DNA of 64,000 nucleotides from Lytechinus pictus. Taxonomy: Eukaryota. The notes under the pieces were generated by a model. The model saw only the letters and a list, made by a program, of their open reading frames with translations. It ran no database searches and had not been told where the DNA came from. The translations under genes were made by a program, and so were the position numbers. The stretch spans positions 2,916,001 to 2,980,000 of the forward strand of contig NC_087251.1 of NCBI RefSeq assembly GCF_037042905.1. Reading direction: 5' to 3'. Positions 26,870 through 40,400 of this stretch are shown piece by piece (within the stretch, counting starts at the first letter, position 1; each line of letters starts with the position of its first letter).

Positions 26870-28132
26870 CTGCGAGCACGCGAAACGAGCGAAGAAACGA
26901 AACATTTTATGATAAGAGAAAATAGAGAAAATTATGCACTTCTTAAGCTATAGAAGCGGCATTTTTAAAAAGGGAAAATAATATAATTAGGCCCGTAGAT
27001 ATGAAATGGGTTCCTCGTCTAAAAGGAAAATCCATTGGCGAAAATTGCACGATCAAGAGAAAATAAGACATGTCATCATGTAAGTTTCAAATAAAGCTTT
27101 AAAAGGACATTTTACAAAAGGTCAAGCAACATCACAAGTATGTATTCAAACATCACAAATATTCGATATTCCGATCTGAAACGAGTCAATTCAAATGCTA
27201 TTTCAAGCACTGTGTAGGAAAATTTTGAAGTGGATGTGGATCGCACTTAATAAATGAGTGCGAGCGCAACGCACAAGCTGATATATATTTTTTAAATTGT
27301 CATTTTGACCTAGGACCGGGACATTCTAAAAACATCACCATATGGAAATGATAATCTTCCTATATAAGTGCGACTTGAAAACTTGTTGATATTCCATTCT
27401 GAAAAGGGGACAATAAGGAATTCATGAACATTTTATCTTATTTATTAATCTAATAAGCCTAATGAGAACACAAAATTTGTTGATATTAAGGCCTGAAAAC
27501 TTGAAATTTCAAGCACTTTTGTAATTAAGAATATGACGTATGGGTTGATATAATTTTCAACAATTAATGCGAGCGCAAATCGCGAGACAAAATTGGTGAT
27601 GAACTGTCATAGAGAGGGGTTTTAAGTAGTTTGTTATAAAATTAATATAGAGGTATACATAACTTATCAATGAAAATATGAGCGCGCTGCGCTAGCTGAT
27701 ACGTTTTGACAATCAGACCTGAAAAAGGATATTTTGAAATTTTTATGGAATATACACGAAGACAATAAGGTACTTGGCAAACTAAATAATGCGAACGCGC
27801 AGCGCGAGCTAAAAATGTTGATATTCAGGCCATAAAACGGTCGATTTACAGTGCACTTTTAAAAAATCAATTTGTAAATCAAACAAAATAGTGGAAATTC
27901 GATGTCCGAGCTGAAATATGCCTATGTTTTGTAAATTGACTTTAAAACTTGATATTTCAAGCTCCATATCAGCAGATTGAACAAGAATATCATCGAACAA
28001 AGAATGCCTCACCTTATTTTGTTCCCTATTCATTCGTCTTCCTCCTCTCTTTCCCTGCAGCATGTTCAGGAAGGGAGAGTGGGGAAAAAAGGAGGGGGTC
28101 ACCGGCCCCTCGGCCTCCTGGATCTGCCTATG
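26870..28132. mobile_element. Decayed element carrying GCGAGCGCG-type repeat units
   Basis: Degenerate copies of the motif found in the flanking hAT elements; GGATCTGCCTATG terminal-like end. Confidence 0.5.
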
Positions 28133-28476
28133 TTGCCAATAAAATGTTGTTTCACAACTAATTTAAGGATCTTACAAAAAATGACATATATTTTTTTCTG
28201 TTTGATATAAAACCACCTTTCAAGTCAAGATACATTACTGTACGTATTATCTTGTATATAGTCATGTGATAGGTGACACATTCACACCCCGGATTCACAC
28301 ATGATGTAAGAAAAGTGCCCAAAATACCCATTTGAAGAACTTAAAGAGAGAAACAGTAACAAGAGAAGCGCCAGAAAGAAACAAAATAAATATGAAAATA
28401 TTTACAAAGAACCAAGTCAACGGCTGAAAAAAAATAGACTGAAAGGCTACCGGACTTTTGGAATGATACTTGAGGG

Positions 28477-30772
28477 CAGTGGCGTACCGTGGGTCACGGC
28501 ATTGGGGGGGCACCAGCAAAAAACTTGAGTCACTAAGTGAGCGCGCAAAGCGCGCCCAGTTGCCAGGTAAACTGACCTAATAATAGACATTTAAGGACAG
28601 TGCCATTAAACGGATATGTCTCTAACTGGTCAAATAATGCGAGCGCGAAGCGCGAGCTTAAAATTTTTGATATTCAGACATAAAAAGGGACATTATAATC
28701 AATCTTTTGTAATCATGATACGTACCTGTCTCGCTACATAATGCGAGCGCGAGCGCGAAGCGCGAGCTGAAATTTTTTTAAATATTGACCCCAAAACAGG
28801 AAGATTTTAAGGACTACATTTTAGGAATCCATTAAGAGTATACACATCTAACCATAGTCATCCAATGCGAGTGCCAATAAGCGCTTGCTGATTTTGTTAG
28901 AATTCCATCTAAACATGCACATAAAGAACTTGTAATCATGATTAACATACCCATCTCACTAATCAAATCTTGCGAGCGCGAAGCCTGAGCTGAAAATTTA
29001 GGAAATTCAGACCTGAAGAGGGGCATTTTAAGGCTTGTTTGTAGGAATTCACGAAGACAATACGTAGTTAACTAAACAAATGATGCGAGCGCGAAGCGCG
29101 AGCTGAAAATTTTTGATATTCAGATTAGAAAAAGGGACATTTTAAGGACTGATTCTAGGAATTCATGGAGAGCAGACATTATTTCACCAATCCACTACTG
29201 CGAACGTAAGCACCCACTGGGCATTTTACCCGATATTACCCGGGTTGTAACAGGTAATAACGTAGTTATTACCACGGTAACACCAGTGGGTAGTAACGGG
29301 GAAATAGTAGACCAATCTTTCCCCGTTATTACCCGGACCCGATATTACTCCATTTACCCAATATTACCCAGTATGATGTAACCGATATTTCCAGCATTTT
29401 AATGATATCACCACCTCATATTACTCTGTTTACCCAATATTACCCAATTAATGTCGGCTCATTAAAAAAACAATTAGTGTCATTAGGGTCATTGAAGCAC
29501 ATTTTTACAACTCCATACTCTAAGCCATATCATCTTATCCTATCCTAAAATCCTACATCCTAATCCTAATCCTAATCCTATCCTACACCTATCCACCAAA
29601 CCCTGTCATTTACTTCTATATATTGAGCGAGTTTACAACACTTGACAAATTATGGTTAACAATTATTCAACCCTAAAACATTTTTCTAAAATTAATGTCA
29701 TGATTATGACTAATATGATATATAAACTACACATTTTTCTGAAAATTTTCTGGGTGGAATAATTGCATAAACATAAACACATTAATTATTACAGCTATAT
29801 TAGCTAAATTTTTGGCCATTTATTGTAGTAATGAATATTCATGAGTAACTAATATTCCCAGCATTTTCCTGATATTACCATCTGATATTACTCCATTTAC
29901 CCAATATTAATGGGTTCCGCATGGGTTGGAGGTCTCGTTTCCATCTGAGTCCTATCTGGGCACCATGTGGGTTCAAGTATATGTTTTCATCTGGGTTCCA
30001 TGTGGGCCCATATGGGACCCAGATATCCCAGATAAGAACCGTATGTGATCCAGATACTTTGCTGTCTGGGAATGGAAGCGTTTCAACATTACCCATTACC
30101 CCTTATCAACCTGTTTGTAACTGGGTAAAATGTTGGTTTCATCAGGGTGATAACAGTAATTTTTTGGACTTTGAAAATTTCGCTGGGATTGCTGTAAGAT
30201 TGCTCTTATTACTAAAGTTTGCAATGTTATAACCAATCAAAGTCATTCAACATTACCCTTATTACCCCTCATCACCCTGTTGTAACTAGGTAAATGTAGG
30301 TTTCATCAGGGTGATAACAGTAACAGGTATCAACAGGAATTATAATTTCGGTAATAACATGGTAATAACGGTAATATTTGGTGTTACTCAAATTTCCGGG
30401 TGATATTACCGGTAATAACCGGTAAAATTGGTAATCGGTAACAAATTGCCCAGTGGGCACGGACAGGAAATGTTTTATATTAAGACCTTAAAATGGGGCA
30501 ATCACTTTAAGTAGTCATGAAAAAGAAGCATACTATTGTACATAAAACAATAATAACTCGAAGTGCGAGGAAATATATTTGGCAGTTTGGTGTATATTGA
30601 CTTGAAAACGGGAGGTTTTCATTATAATGAACAATAATGTCTTCTTTCCCATTTAGTTTCTCTTCCTTTCTCCCTCTTTTTCTCCTTTACCCCGTTTTTT
30701 TTTTTTTTTTTTTTTTGTCAGCCGATTGGGGGGGCACGTGCCCCCTCATGCCCCCCCGTAGTTACGCCACTG
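28477..30772. mobile_element. hAT-type element, same family as 22458-23323 in opposite orientation
   Basis: TIR CAGTGGCGTA / TACGCCACTG; TSD CTTGAGGG/CTTGAGGA; extensive reverse-complement similarity to the other copy. Confidence 0.9.
29213..30457. mobile_element. CACTA/EnSpm-like non-autonomous element (nested)
   Basis: TIR CCCACTGGGCA; 2-bp TSD CA, supported by the uninterrupted site in the 22458 copy; many TATTACC/GGTAAT subterminal repeats. Confidence 0.8.
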
Positions 30773-30929
30773 CTTGAGGATGAATAAAATTTGAATGTTA
30801 ACTGGTCATTAATGACTCTCGGAACATGAAAGGGCCGGAACACTGTTGCTAGAAAAACAAGAGGGGGATTGCTGAAGCCAAGTCCTCAGCCACCCCCCCC
30901 CCCCTCACCGGTTTGGTGACCTCTGCTCT

Positions 30930-31420
30930 TTATCTTAGCGGGCGGTTATCGTTGTTATAGTTTTTAGCACCTGCGATCCCGGAGTTGACAACCCATCCTC
31001 AAGATTTTCGACCACGCCCATAACCGAATCCAGTAGCCCTGCGTGACCGAGATACGGGGTCGATTCCATAATTATTCCCGACCGTTCAACCTTCATTGTC
31101 TTCCAAACATTGACCGTGAAATCATCGATCTCTCTACCGGTTCGAACACCGACTCATCTATCAGACGTGTAAGCTCAATCATGAGTAATACTATCGAACT
31201 TCTATGATCTCGTGCAGTGCTCAACACAATCATAGTGAAAGTAATAATGGAATCCAATGCAACAAGCGACAGCATCATCTGTCCGTAGCTGGAGACCGTC
31301 GCGTCCGTGGCCGGTAGAAGGAACGGCATCTTACTCGACAGTGCGCATCCAGCTCGCATCAATTGACTCATTTGACTGGAGCCTACAATTTGTTAATATT
31401 AATCACGGATATGTGCAAAA
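30930..31420 (+). promoter_or_regulatory. CpG-enriched putative EML promoter / 5'UTR
   Basis: Local CpG enrichment against an AT-rich background; GGGCGG (~30939) and CCACGCCC (~31012) Sp/KLF-type boxes upstream of exon 1a. Confidence 0.45.
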
Positions 31421-31478
31421 ATGGATGGAAACGCATATAATTTTAACTATGCCAATGCTAATGGTGGGAGTGGATTGG
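31421..31478 (+). CDS. EML: EML candidate first coding exon 1a (MDGNAYNFNYANANGGSGL)
   Basis: AAAATGG start with in-frame upstream stops, G|gtaagt donor in phase 1; MDG...L|D resembles the EML4 N-terminus; CpG-rich upstream region. Confidence 0.72.
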
Positions 31479-34400
31479 GTAAGTATAATATTAAGAATAT
31501 ACCAGAGCTGAGATAAGCACATGGATGCACGATGCAGTGGTGTTGTGCAGATTTTGTATCCATCACATTCAACAGGCAATATCACCAACTCAAGAGTATG
31601 AATAAGCTACTCGTATGTGGACTACAATTACCATTGTGTTGCAATATTGTCAGTTAATGATGATGAATGGGCTGTACTTGTGTGTGTGTGTGCGTTGTAC
31701 GTGAGTGTGGTGGGTCAAGGAAGGGATGGAGGGACTCTGGAGGTTCCTTACTCCATGTAGGGCTACTGCACCATAATATGCCCATGCTTTTCTTGTGGTA
31801 GGGGGGAGGGTGGACGGGTGGCCGTGGAATGGAGCGTTATCAATTGTTCTAGCAATTGTTTTTTTAATCAATGATCTTTTATTTTGTATAATTAGATGCT
31901 TGAGTGATCACAGCCGGGAGGGGGGGGGGGGGTACTCGACAAAAAAGTGGTAGGTATGTGCCGTGGGAGAGACAAAAACAGGGGCTTTGGAGCGGGCTTA
32001 TTGTAAAAAGGAGGGTCCTCGGAACGGGCTTCGGAACTACAAATGTTTGTGAAAACGGGGGTCCTTGGAATGGGTCGCCTGCATGTGAGTGCGTATGCAT
32101 CCCTATGGAACGGGCATACGTGCATGCAGCTATAGCCCGGCAGCACGGGCGCCGGGTGCCGCTTTTCACCAAAATTGCAGCTCATTGTAGTGGATCGATG
32201 CAGCCGTAACGGCGTAATGAAAAAATATGCAAAGCTTTGGAACGTATTTCTTCTTTTTTTATCGATAAGAAAATGCTATGCCTTGGAGCGGCTTTCTTGT
32301 TCTTTTTTTCAATAAGATTAAAATGCTATGCCTTGGAACGGAAATTTGAGTGTAAAAATGGGGGTCCCCTCCGCGGCACATACCCACCACGCTTATGTAC
32401 TGAGTGCCCCCCCCTGGGGATCACAGGCCTTTATATTGAATATGAACTTACATTTACAGGCTTGTTCAGATCTGAAACGGGTATGTATTTGGATATCGTC
32501 TGTGGGACGTTAAGACTTTATATCTCAAGTATCTTTTCAAATTGCTTAAGCTACCAAGATTATCAGCTGATGATATCTTGCCCAAATATCATCTTTTGAT
32601 TTCACAAAATCATTCATGAACGGAAAGACAATCTCATTCAGCACAGTGTAATTACAAGCATGTTCTCTCTCTTTCCCCTGTGGGATTGGCAATCATAAAT
32701 GTAATATCTTGAGGTATGAAGGTTTCTAACCCCAGTAGCAATACCCATATACATGTACTGATGCGTAGTGACCTTCATAGATATTGTAATTGCTTCCATA
32801 ATGCTGGTTAAAACTGAATGTGCTTGGTCGTTGTCTCTTTATTATTATTTTAATACTCTCCGTAATGTTAACAGTATTAATTTGTGAATAAATTGATAAT
32901 GATAGCACTAACAGATCATTGAACACGCTTCATACTGACACTCATTAGATGTGTACTGTTAAATACTAGAGTAGCAAAGGGTGACATAAAAACATTTGCA
33001 TTTCATAATTTCTTCGCAGGGGCATGATGAATAATATCCACAGCCCAAATTTTGATAGGATTTGGTTCAACACAGCTAGGTATATGACCACATCAATAAT
33101 AGCCCCCCCCCCCTTTGCCTCCTGAAACAATTCAGTGCATTATGATAAGCCTACATGTATCATTAAGTGTTTGATTGTCATTGAAAACTGTAATGAGCCT
33201 TTCGAGGGCTACTTTTCATCAATTTACTGCCATAATCTTCAACACTGGATAAGATGGGTCCTAAACTATGGATTTCTTTTACAAATGATATAAAACAATG
33301 CAATTCTATACAAATTTGAAAAAAAAAAGATTTAAAACATTTCTTCTGAGTGATTACTAGATAATTTAATTCATCAATTATAAATTAAGCCTTCAGTGCT
33401 AATTATAGGAAACCTTAATTATTTGTATCCGCTCTATATGATTTTTGTTTAATATTACGCAAAATGATTTTTATTATAATGTACATATACCATAACTGTA
33501 AATATTGTGTTTTTTTTTGTATAAAACAACAATTCAGTTGCTATGAACATGTTATTGCAACATCAGGGGGCCTACATTATACAAGCTCTTTTCAGTTGGT
33601 CCTCCCTCCCTTTCAATATTTAATTTGATAATTGTCTATTGTAATGTTATGTTATTAATCTTTGTATATATATATGCTTCAAATGTGATTATATGTTACT
33701 ATGTCAATTGTATAATAATTGTAATTATGAAATTGAAAGTGGAAAAATAAACCAATTGAAGATTTACATTGCCATGAATGGGAATCTTCTAGGGCTATTT
33801 GTTCAAGTTTTCAGGGCTGTTTTGAGCATTTTGGGGAAGAAATCTCCCCTAGCCCCCATGTAGTTTGTTCCTGCATTGTAATCATCACAAATTACTTCCT
33901 TCATCCATAGATCAGCTGTAGCCAGGGCAGAGCGTATTGTATTTAAGTTTATTTAATTAATCACTGTAACATTTTCTTTACTGAAATTTAGTATAATATT
34001 GTTTTTTCACTGAAATACATATTAATGAGATCTCCACGTATTGATGTTAAATTCTAAACTTTGATTTCTCCTATCTTGCATGGCTAGATTTTCAGTGAAA
34101 TTTTATTGTGTATTTATAGTTGACTGAGCATTACAAAATCTAAGTAGATTTATACATAAGGTAGCACATGGACTTTGTTCTTTTGATACTTTATGTTTGG
34201 TTTGGGAATTGTCAAAGTTCTTTTTCTAGACAATGCAAAGCTAAGCTCGAAGGGGGATATTGTTTAACCTGTCTTTAACATGTGTTCTATTGTCTGAAAA
34301 TAAATGCACTTGGCGAAAATAATGTGTCCCTCAAAATGATTGATAACTGACTGTTAACCCACTTAATTGTAACATTTAAGTTCCTGTCAATCCCATCCTA

Positions 34401-37400
34401 GCTTAAATGAATATGTTTTGAATTATTTGGTCAATAATAATAACAGGATTATAATGATCGAAAAAAGTAAGACTATACAAGCTGTGAAGTGTGAACCCCC
34501 TGTCCCCTTCCTTCTCTTCATTCCTGATGAACTCCCTGTTTGGTAGGTAGCAGACCTGTCTGAGAAGGAGTTCACCATCCCATTGACTGACCTGTCGTTT
34601 CCACTCAGCATTCAAATTTGTACCCATAAGCGTTTCTTCATTGTCAAGTGTATAGTGTGTTAGACCCCTTGACCCTCAACTCCCTTTGCTTTTGTTGCAA
34701 AACTCCTTCAAATCTCTCCCCCAAACCAGTAGCTACAACTAAAAGACAGAGAGTGATCGATGGAAGAAAATGGAGAGGAAATTCATTGTAAAGACAAGGT
34801 TCTTTTATTGAAGTGAAAAGACAGCTGGTGCTCCTTTGATTAAATTGATTATTTAGTCTGTTAAGCTCATGAGATGAAGGTAAAGGTTTGTCAAAATGAT
34901 TTTGTATGACCCATCTCATGATCTGTATACAGTAATAGACATTTTCAAAGGTTTTAAGTCAATTTGCTTCATAAAGTATTCCAGAAAAACACCTTTGAAG
35001 AATAGACATTCAGGGAGTTCTAAATCAAGATACTAGTATGTAGTAAGCAATATGGCATGGAAAATAATTCAAATAATGATATTTCAGATTGAAAAGGTGG
35101 TTTCAATAGACCATTTTGTAAAAGCGGTTAGGATATGGTTCATTTTCAATGATAAGTAATGCAGGATGACTACATTATTACTTATGTACACGTAATGGCA
35201 TGAAAAAGATATATATTTTGCAGTTTATATCACATAATGACACAAAATTTTGATGTGTAATTTTATTCATGTTATTTTGATGTAGCTTTATCTTAAAGTC
35301 AGTGGCATGCTATTTAAGTGTCTGCAGTAAGTAACTCTAAATTTGTCATTTTCAATTTTATGATGAAATACTAACAGCCATCATGCACTGTAGACCATCA
35401 GTATATGATTGTCTTTCTTCATTTTCTTGAATGTTTTCTGCCTTTCCAGATTGTTATAAACTAAGAATTGCTTTTATTTTCTCTCTATCTATGACACTGT
35501 ATCTGAAAGAGATATATGTATTTAAAAAGATATTTGTAAGTGTAATTGATGATTTTTCTTCAAAAATTAATGACTCTAAATTCATTCGTACTGAATTGTG
35601 TAATTCTCCTATGTGTGTAACAGTAAGTTAACCTTCTTTTGCAAACCTATTATAAGAGAAATTTTGGTTCTGTTACTATGGTGATTCATATTCTCTTATA
35701 ACTAACATTAGCACTTTAGGATTTGATTATTTTTGTAATAATTTGTACATTATTCTTTGTGGACATCAACAGAAATACAACATTTTCAGTGTTTTTTGTT
35801 TGTTTGTTTAATTGTGAGTGTAATTGCAAGATCAATTTTGAAACATATTTAATTACATGCATGTCAATTCATCATTTTCATTGAACCTGTTAACAGGTCC
35901 AGTATTAGTTTTGTATTCAGGGTAAAAAGCCATATAGAAATGAACAAATATTTACCATTCTCTTACTTTAGGAAAGTTCTGATATTGATAGAGCTGAGAA
36001 TTTTATAGAGTACTAATAAATATTTGCTTAGTCATAACACATCACTCATCATTATAATTTCTGTGCAATCATATCTACCTGTCAATATCTGCCCAATAAA
36101 GCAATGACTATTTACATTTGGGTAGGGTTGTGTCCATAACACTCAGCATTTATTGTTGCCATACTAATGCTTACCATATTTAGTTATGAATAGTGGTGAG
36201 TGTGGGTGGGGCGGCCGCGGAGGTGGGAATATTAGGGGTCCAAAACAGTCCGGACTGACACATACAAAGTTTACAGAATAGAGAAAGATACATGAATTTT
36301 AATTAGAACCATCAAAATCATGAAGAAAGTAACAAAAGAGTACAATTACATGTAGATTCGCAATTCAGGTTTATATACGTTAGCCTACAGGTACATCATT
36401 AAGGGCAAAAGCAAATTAATGCAATAAAGAATATAAAGTGAAAAACAAAATGACCGAAATATTTGTTGTGGTTTGCATTGACACAAGAAAGGAAACTATG
36501 CATAATTACAGGCATTCTTAAGTTTTTACACGTAAGTCAAATATATACATTTTGAAAATAATGGATGATGATCCAAAGCACAATAACTAAGAACGCAATG
36601 GAGGATATAAATCTGTACTCCTCTTAATCAGCCATGATGGGCATGTCAGGATGAGTCTGGAATCTGGATTACATGCAAATGTAGAAGAACTAAGGATATA
36701 AAACTGTCTAGTCTTTTGTAGTTTACTGTTTATTCCAGTACTGACCGCGCTGAAACGTTGTTAGCGCTAACAGAGGCCCTGTTACAACCGGTAATGTGGC
36801 AGTAATGCCTAATGTCACAACAATGCATTCCTTACACATTGAAATGAATGTTTTAAATTCACAATCCAAAAGATGTGACTGGCTTATACTGATAGAGCTC
36901 TGTTAGGCTAACAATGTTTCTGTGCCGGCTGCACAGATTTATAACTGCCTAATAAAAGGGATCAAGAATTTCACCCAATTGAATAGGTCTACTTTATTAG
37001 TGAAAGGGGATTTGCAACAGAAGGATTATTCTTTGTAAGGAGTGACCATGAATTAGAGAAAGAGAGGTGAATAGATCAGCCAATGCTGTTTTTGAGTGAC
37101 CATGAATTAGAGAAAGAGAGGTGAATAGATCAGCCAATAAGGAGTGACCATGAATTAGAGAAAGAGAGGTGAATAGATCAGCCAATAAGGAGTGACCATG
37201 AATTAGAGAAAGAGAGGTGAATAGATCAGCCAATAAGGAGTGACCAAGAATTAGAGAAAGAGAGGTGAATAGATCAGCCAATAAGGAGTGACCATGAATT
37301 AGAGAAAGAGAGGTGAATAGATCAGCCAATAAGGAGTGACCATGAATTAGAGAAAGAGAGGTGAATAGATCAGCCAATGCTGTTTTTGAGTGACCATGAA

Positions 37401-40400
37401 TTAGAGAAAGAGAGGTGAATAGATCAGCCAATAAGGAGTGACCATGAATTAGAGAAAGAGAGGTGAATAGATCAGCCAATAAGGAGTGACCATGAATTAG
37501 AGAAAGAGAGGTGAATAGATCAGCCAATAAGGAGTGACCAAGAATTAGAGAAAGAGAGGTGAATAGATCAGCCAATAAGGAGTGACCATGAATTAGAGAA
37601 AGAGAGGTGAATAGATCAGCCAATAAGGAGTGACCATGAATTAGAGAAAGAGAGGTGAATAGATCAGCCAATAAGGAGTGACCATGAATTAGAGAAAGAG
37701 AGGTGAATAGATCAGCCAATAAGGAGTGACCATGAATTAGAGAAAGAGAGGTGAATAGATCAGCCAATAAGGAGTGACCATGAATTAGAGAAAGAGAGGT
37801 GAATAGATCAGCCAATAAGGAGTGACCATGAATTAGAGAAAGAGAGGTGAATAGATCAGCCAATAAGGAGTGACCATGAATTAGAGAAAGAGAGGTGAAT
37901 AGATCAGCCAATAAGGAGTGACCATGAATTAGAGAAAGAGAGGTGAATAGATCAGCCAATAAGGAGTGACCATGAATTAGAGAAAGAGAGGTGAATAGAT
38001 CAGCCAATAAGGAGTGACCATGAATTAGAGAAAGAGAGGTGAATAGATCAGCCAATAAGGAGTGACCATGAATTAGAGAAAGAGAGGTGAATAGATCAGC
38101 CAATGCTGTTTTTCTTGTAGTTTGTAAACCAGGAGCAGAAATCATAGGAAAGAATTTAATCAATACATACTGGCATACAAAGAGAATGATTAGTTGGGAC
38201 AATCTCAGGACAGATCAGCAGTACAATAGATAGGGATTTAGACTATTTTACAGCTTCTTGAGCTCTCAGAGCAAACCAAGCTCACTGAAAATATAGCTAT
38301 TGAAATGAATACTTTAATTTTTTTGGCCTTATAATATGTAGACATAAATAGTCCCACTATTCATCTTACTTCTTTACCATAAGTTTAAACCCCAAACCAA
38401 ATCATGTTAAATTTCTTTAAGCTACATATTAGGAAAATAAGTGAAGTCATGTTAAAGCGATATGTTCATAACATTGTCTTTTCCACATAATGTAGGCCTA
38501 AAGTCTTACTCTCATGCATTCAAAGAGATTAGAAATGTATTAATTGATGTTATTTGTATTATTGCAGCAAGATTTGATTCTGAAACAGTCTTGTATGAAT
38601 ATAGGGAATCAATGTTGAAGACGCTGCTGCCGTCGAAAAAAGCAATGCCAGTAGTCCTGCATTGCAGCTATGCATGCAAAATGAAAAAACCAAAGGGGAA
38701 AATGTACAATTCCTTGGTGAGACCATGGACCTAGAGTAGGTCCATGGTGAGAGTATAGGCCACCATGGACTATGAATTAATACTCTAGCCAGCTGTGACA
38801 TTGGTCATTTAGATGGAAGGGGATACCATTGATGCTGTCAATGACCTCAGTGCTTGGTCCTCATATTCATAACATCTTTTGTCACCATTTGGTGTTCATG
38901 CTTTCTTAGATGTAGAATGTAGATTGAAAACAAACTCTGAAAGTTCAGCAGGAGGGATTGAAACTGAAAAATGTTGAGAAGTATGATGTACATATAGTGA
39001 CCCATGCAATATTCTCATCTGTTGATATGATAGACTCGTTTTCAGACCCTTTTGCCTGGTCTGGGTCCCGTAACACAAAAGTTATTGATTTAATAAAATA
39101 ACCGAGCCAGATAATTGTTTCATGCACATTTTGCCCTGTAGACTAACGGCGAACCAATCAGAATTGTTCTTTCAAATTAGCGATTACTTGCTAATCTTTG
39201 TTGGTAGTGTGTATTGGCATCCACCATATGCATGGTGTGGAGAGGGATAAATATAATATCAATTCATTTGTGTATTGATATATGAAATTCCTACTCAAGG
39301 AAATTAAAGTGAAGAGAATAGTATTGTGTTAGACATATTATGGAGAAGAGTGATGAAATGAACTGATAGTGACAATTTGCGCCATGACAATTTACACTGT
39401 GACAGGAACTAAATCCAAAACATAGCTTGCACTCTTGCTACATTATGCCGATGTCTTAGCACTCACAAATTGATATGATCGAAACTGGCAGATAAGACTA
39501 GTATTGTTGAACACTGTGACTATCATTATACTACAAGTATTCAATTGGCTCAAAAGATTACCAGTTAGTGCACCTTTTCAACTTGATACAATAGATAGAT
39601 ACATAAGATCATATCATTGTCATTCAGGGTACAATGACAAATTTCTGATTTCAGATTTGAGGGGATAATGCTGACTAAAGACTGACAGTTATATGTCCTC
39701 ATTGCATTTGGCTGTTTTGTTTGGGACTAAGCTGGAGCTACAAAAAAAGTATTTTAACATTGTCCATGACCGAACCTCTCCCAAATTGAATTGAAGGGTC
39801 TGTGATAGGGAATTGGAAATGTGCATTGAGAGGGGGGGGGGGTGAATCCCACTGATTATACGACTGTCGCAAAAATTGGCTTGATAGTAGTGTGCAATGT
39901 AATCTTCAAGGCTGTTGGTTCATTTCTCTGAACTAATTATTTCTTATATTAATTGATTATGCTAATTATGCATAAATCATATCTTTTGTTGTAATTCACT
40001 TAATATAGCTCCAACTCTGCTAATTTCTGGTGTAAATACTCAAGTAGCATTCCTAACAATTGCATTAATTTTTATTTTAAGATTGATATCTTAAATAAAT
40101 CTTATTGTTTTATGAATTTTGTTTTACCTTTTGTCTTTTTAAGATTAAAGGAAGTACCTATAGGTAAAAATAAGTGATTAATTTGTAAATGGATCCTTCA
40201 ATAATCAAATTTGAGTGAATATATAATTGACTGAACAAGTGGATACAAACAAATGGTTAATCAGTACATGAATAAATCAATCAATCATTGAATAATGAGT
40301 GAGTGAATGAGTGAATGAATGAGTGAGTGAGTGAATGGGTGAGTGATATAATTAATTATTAATTACTGTAATTAATTTAATTGATTAATTAAGAAAAATA

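Noticed and set aside
31040..31152. B-box-like GGTCGATTCC / GGTTCGAACACC suggesting a tRNA or SINE
   Set aside because: No cloverleaf or properly spaced A box could be built.
31879..32599. Cluster of ~100-aa ORFs on both strands
   Set aside because: They fall mostly inside a GC-rich MITE and show no transposase motifs.
34403..34919. Moderately GC-rich block with short minus-strand ORFs in EML intron 1
   Set aside because: No recognisable protein or consistent splice sites; may be regulatory but there is no direct evidence.
37037..38104. CRISPR-like array (also considered for 9951-10318)
   Set aside because: Units are contiguous with no unique spacers, there are no cas genes, and the context is eukaryotic.
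36997..38202. 401-aa minus-strand ORF of LADLFTSLSLIHGHSL repeats
   Set aside because: By-product of a stop-free 48-bp minisatellite; no synonymous divergence between units and no splice or domain support.
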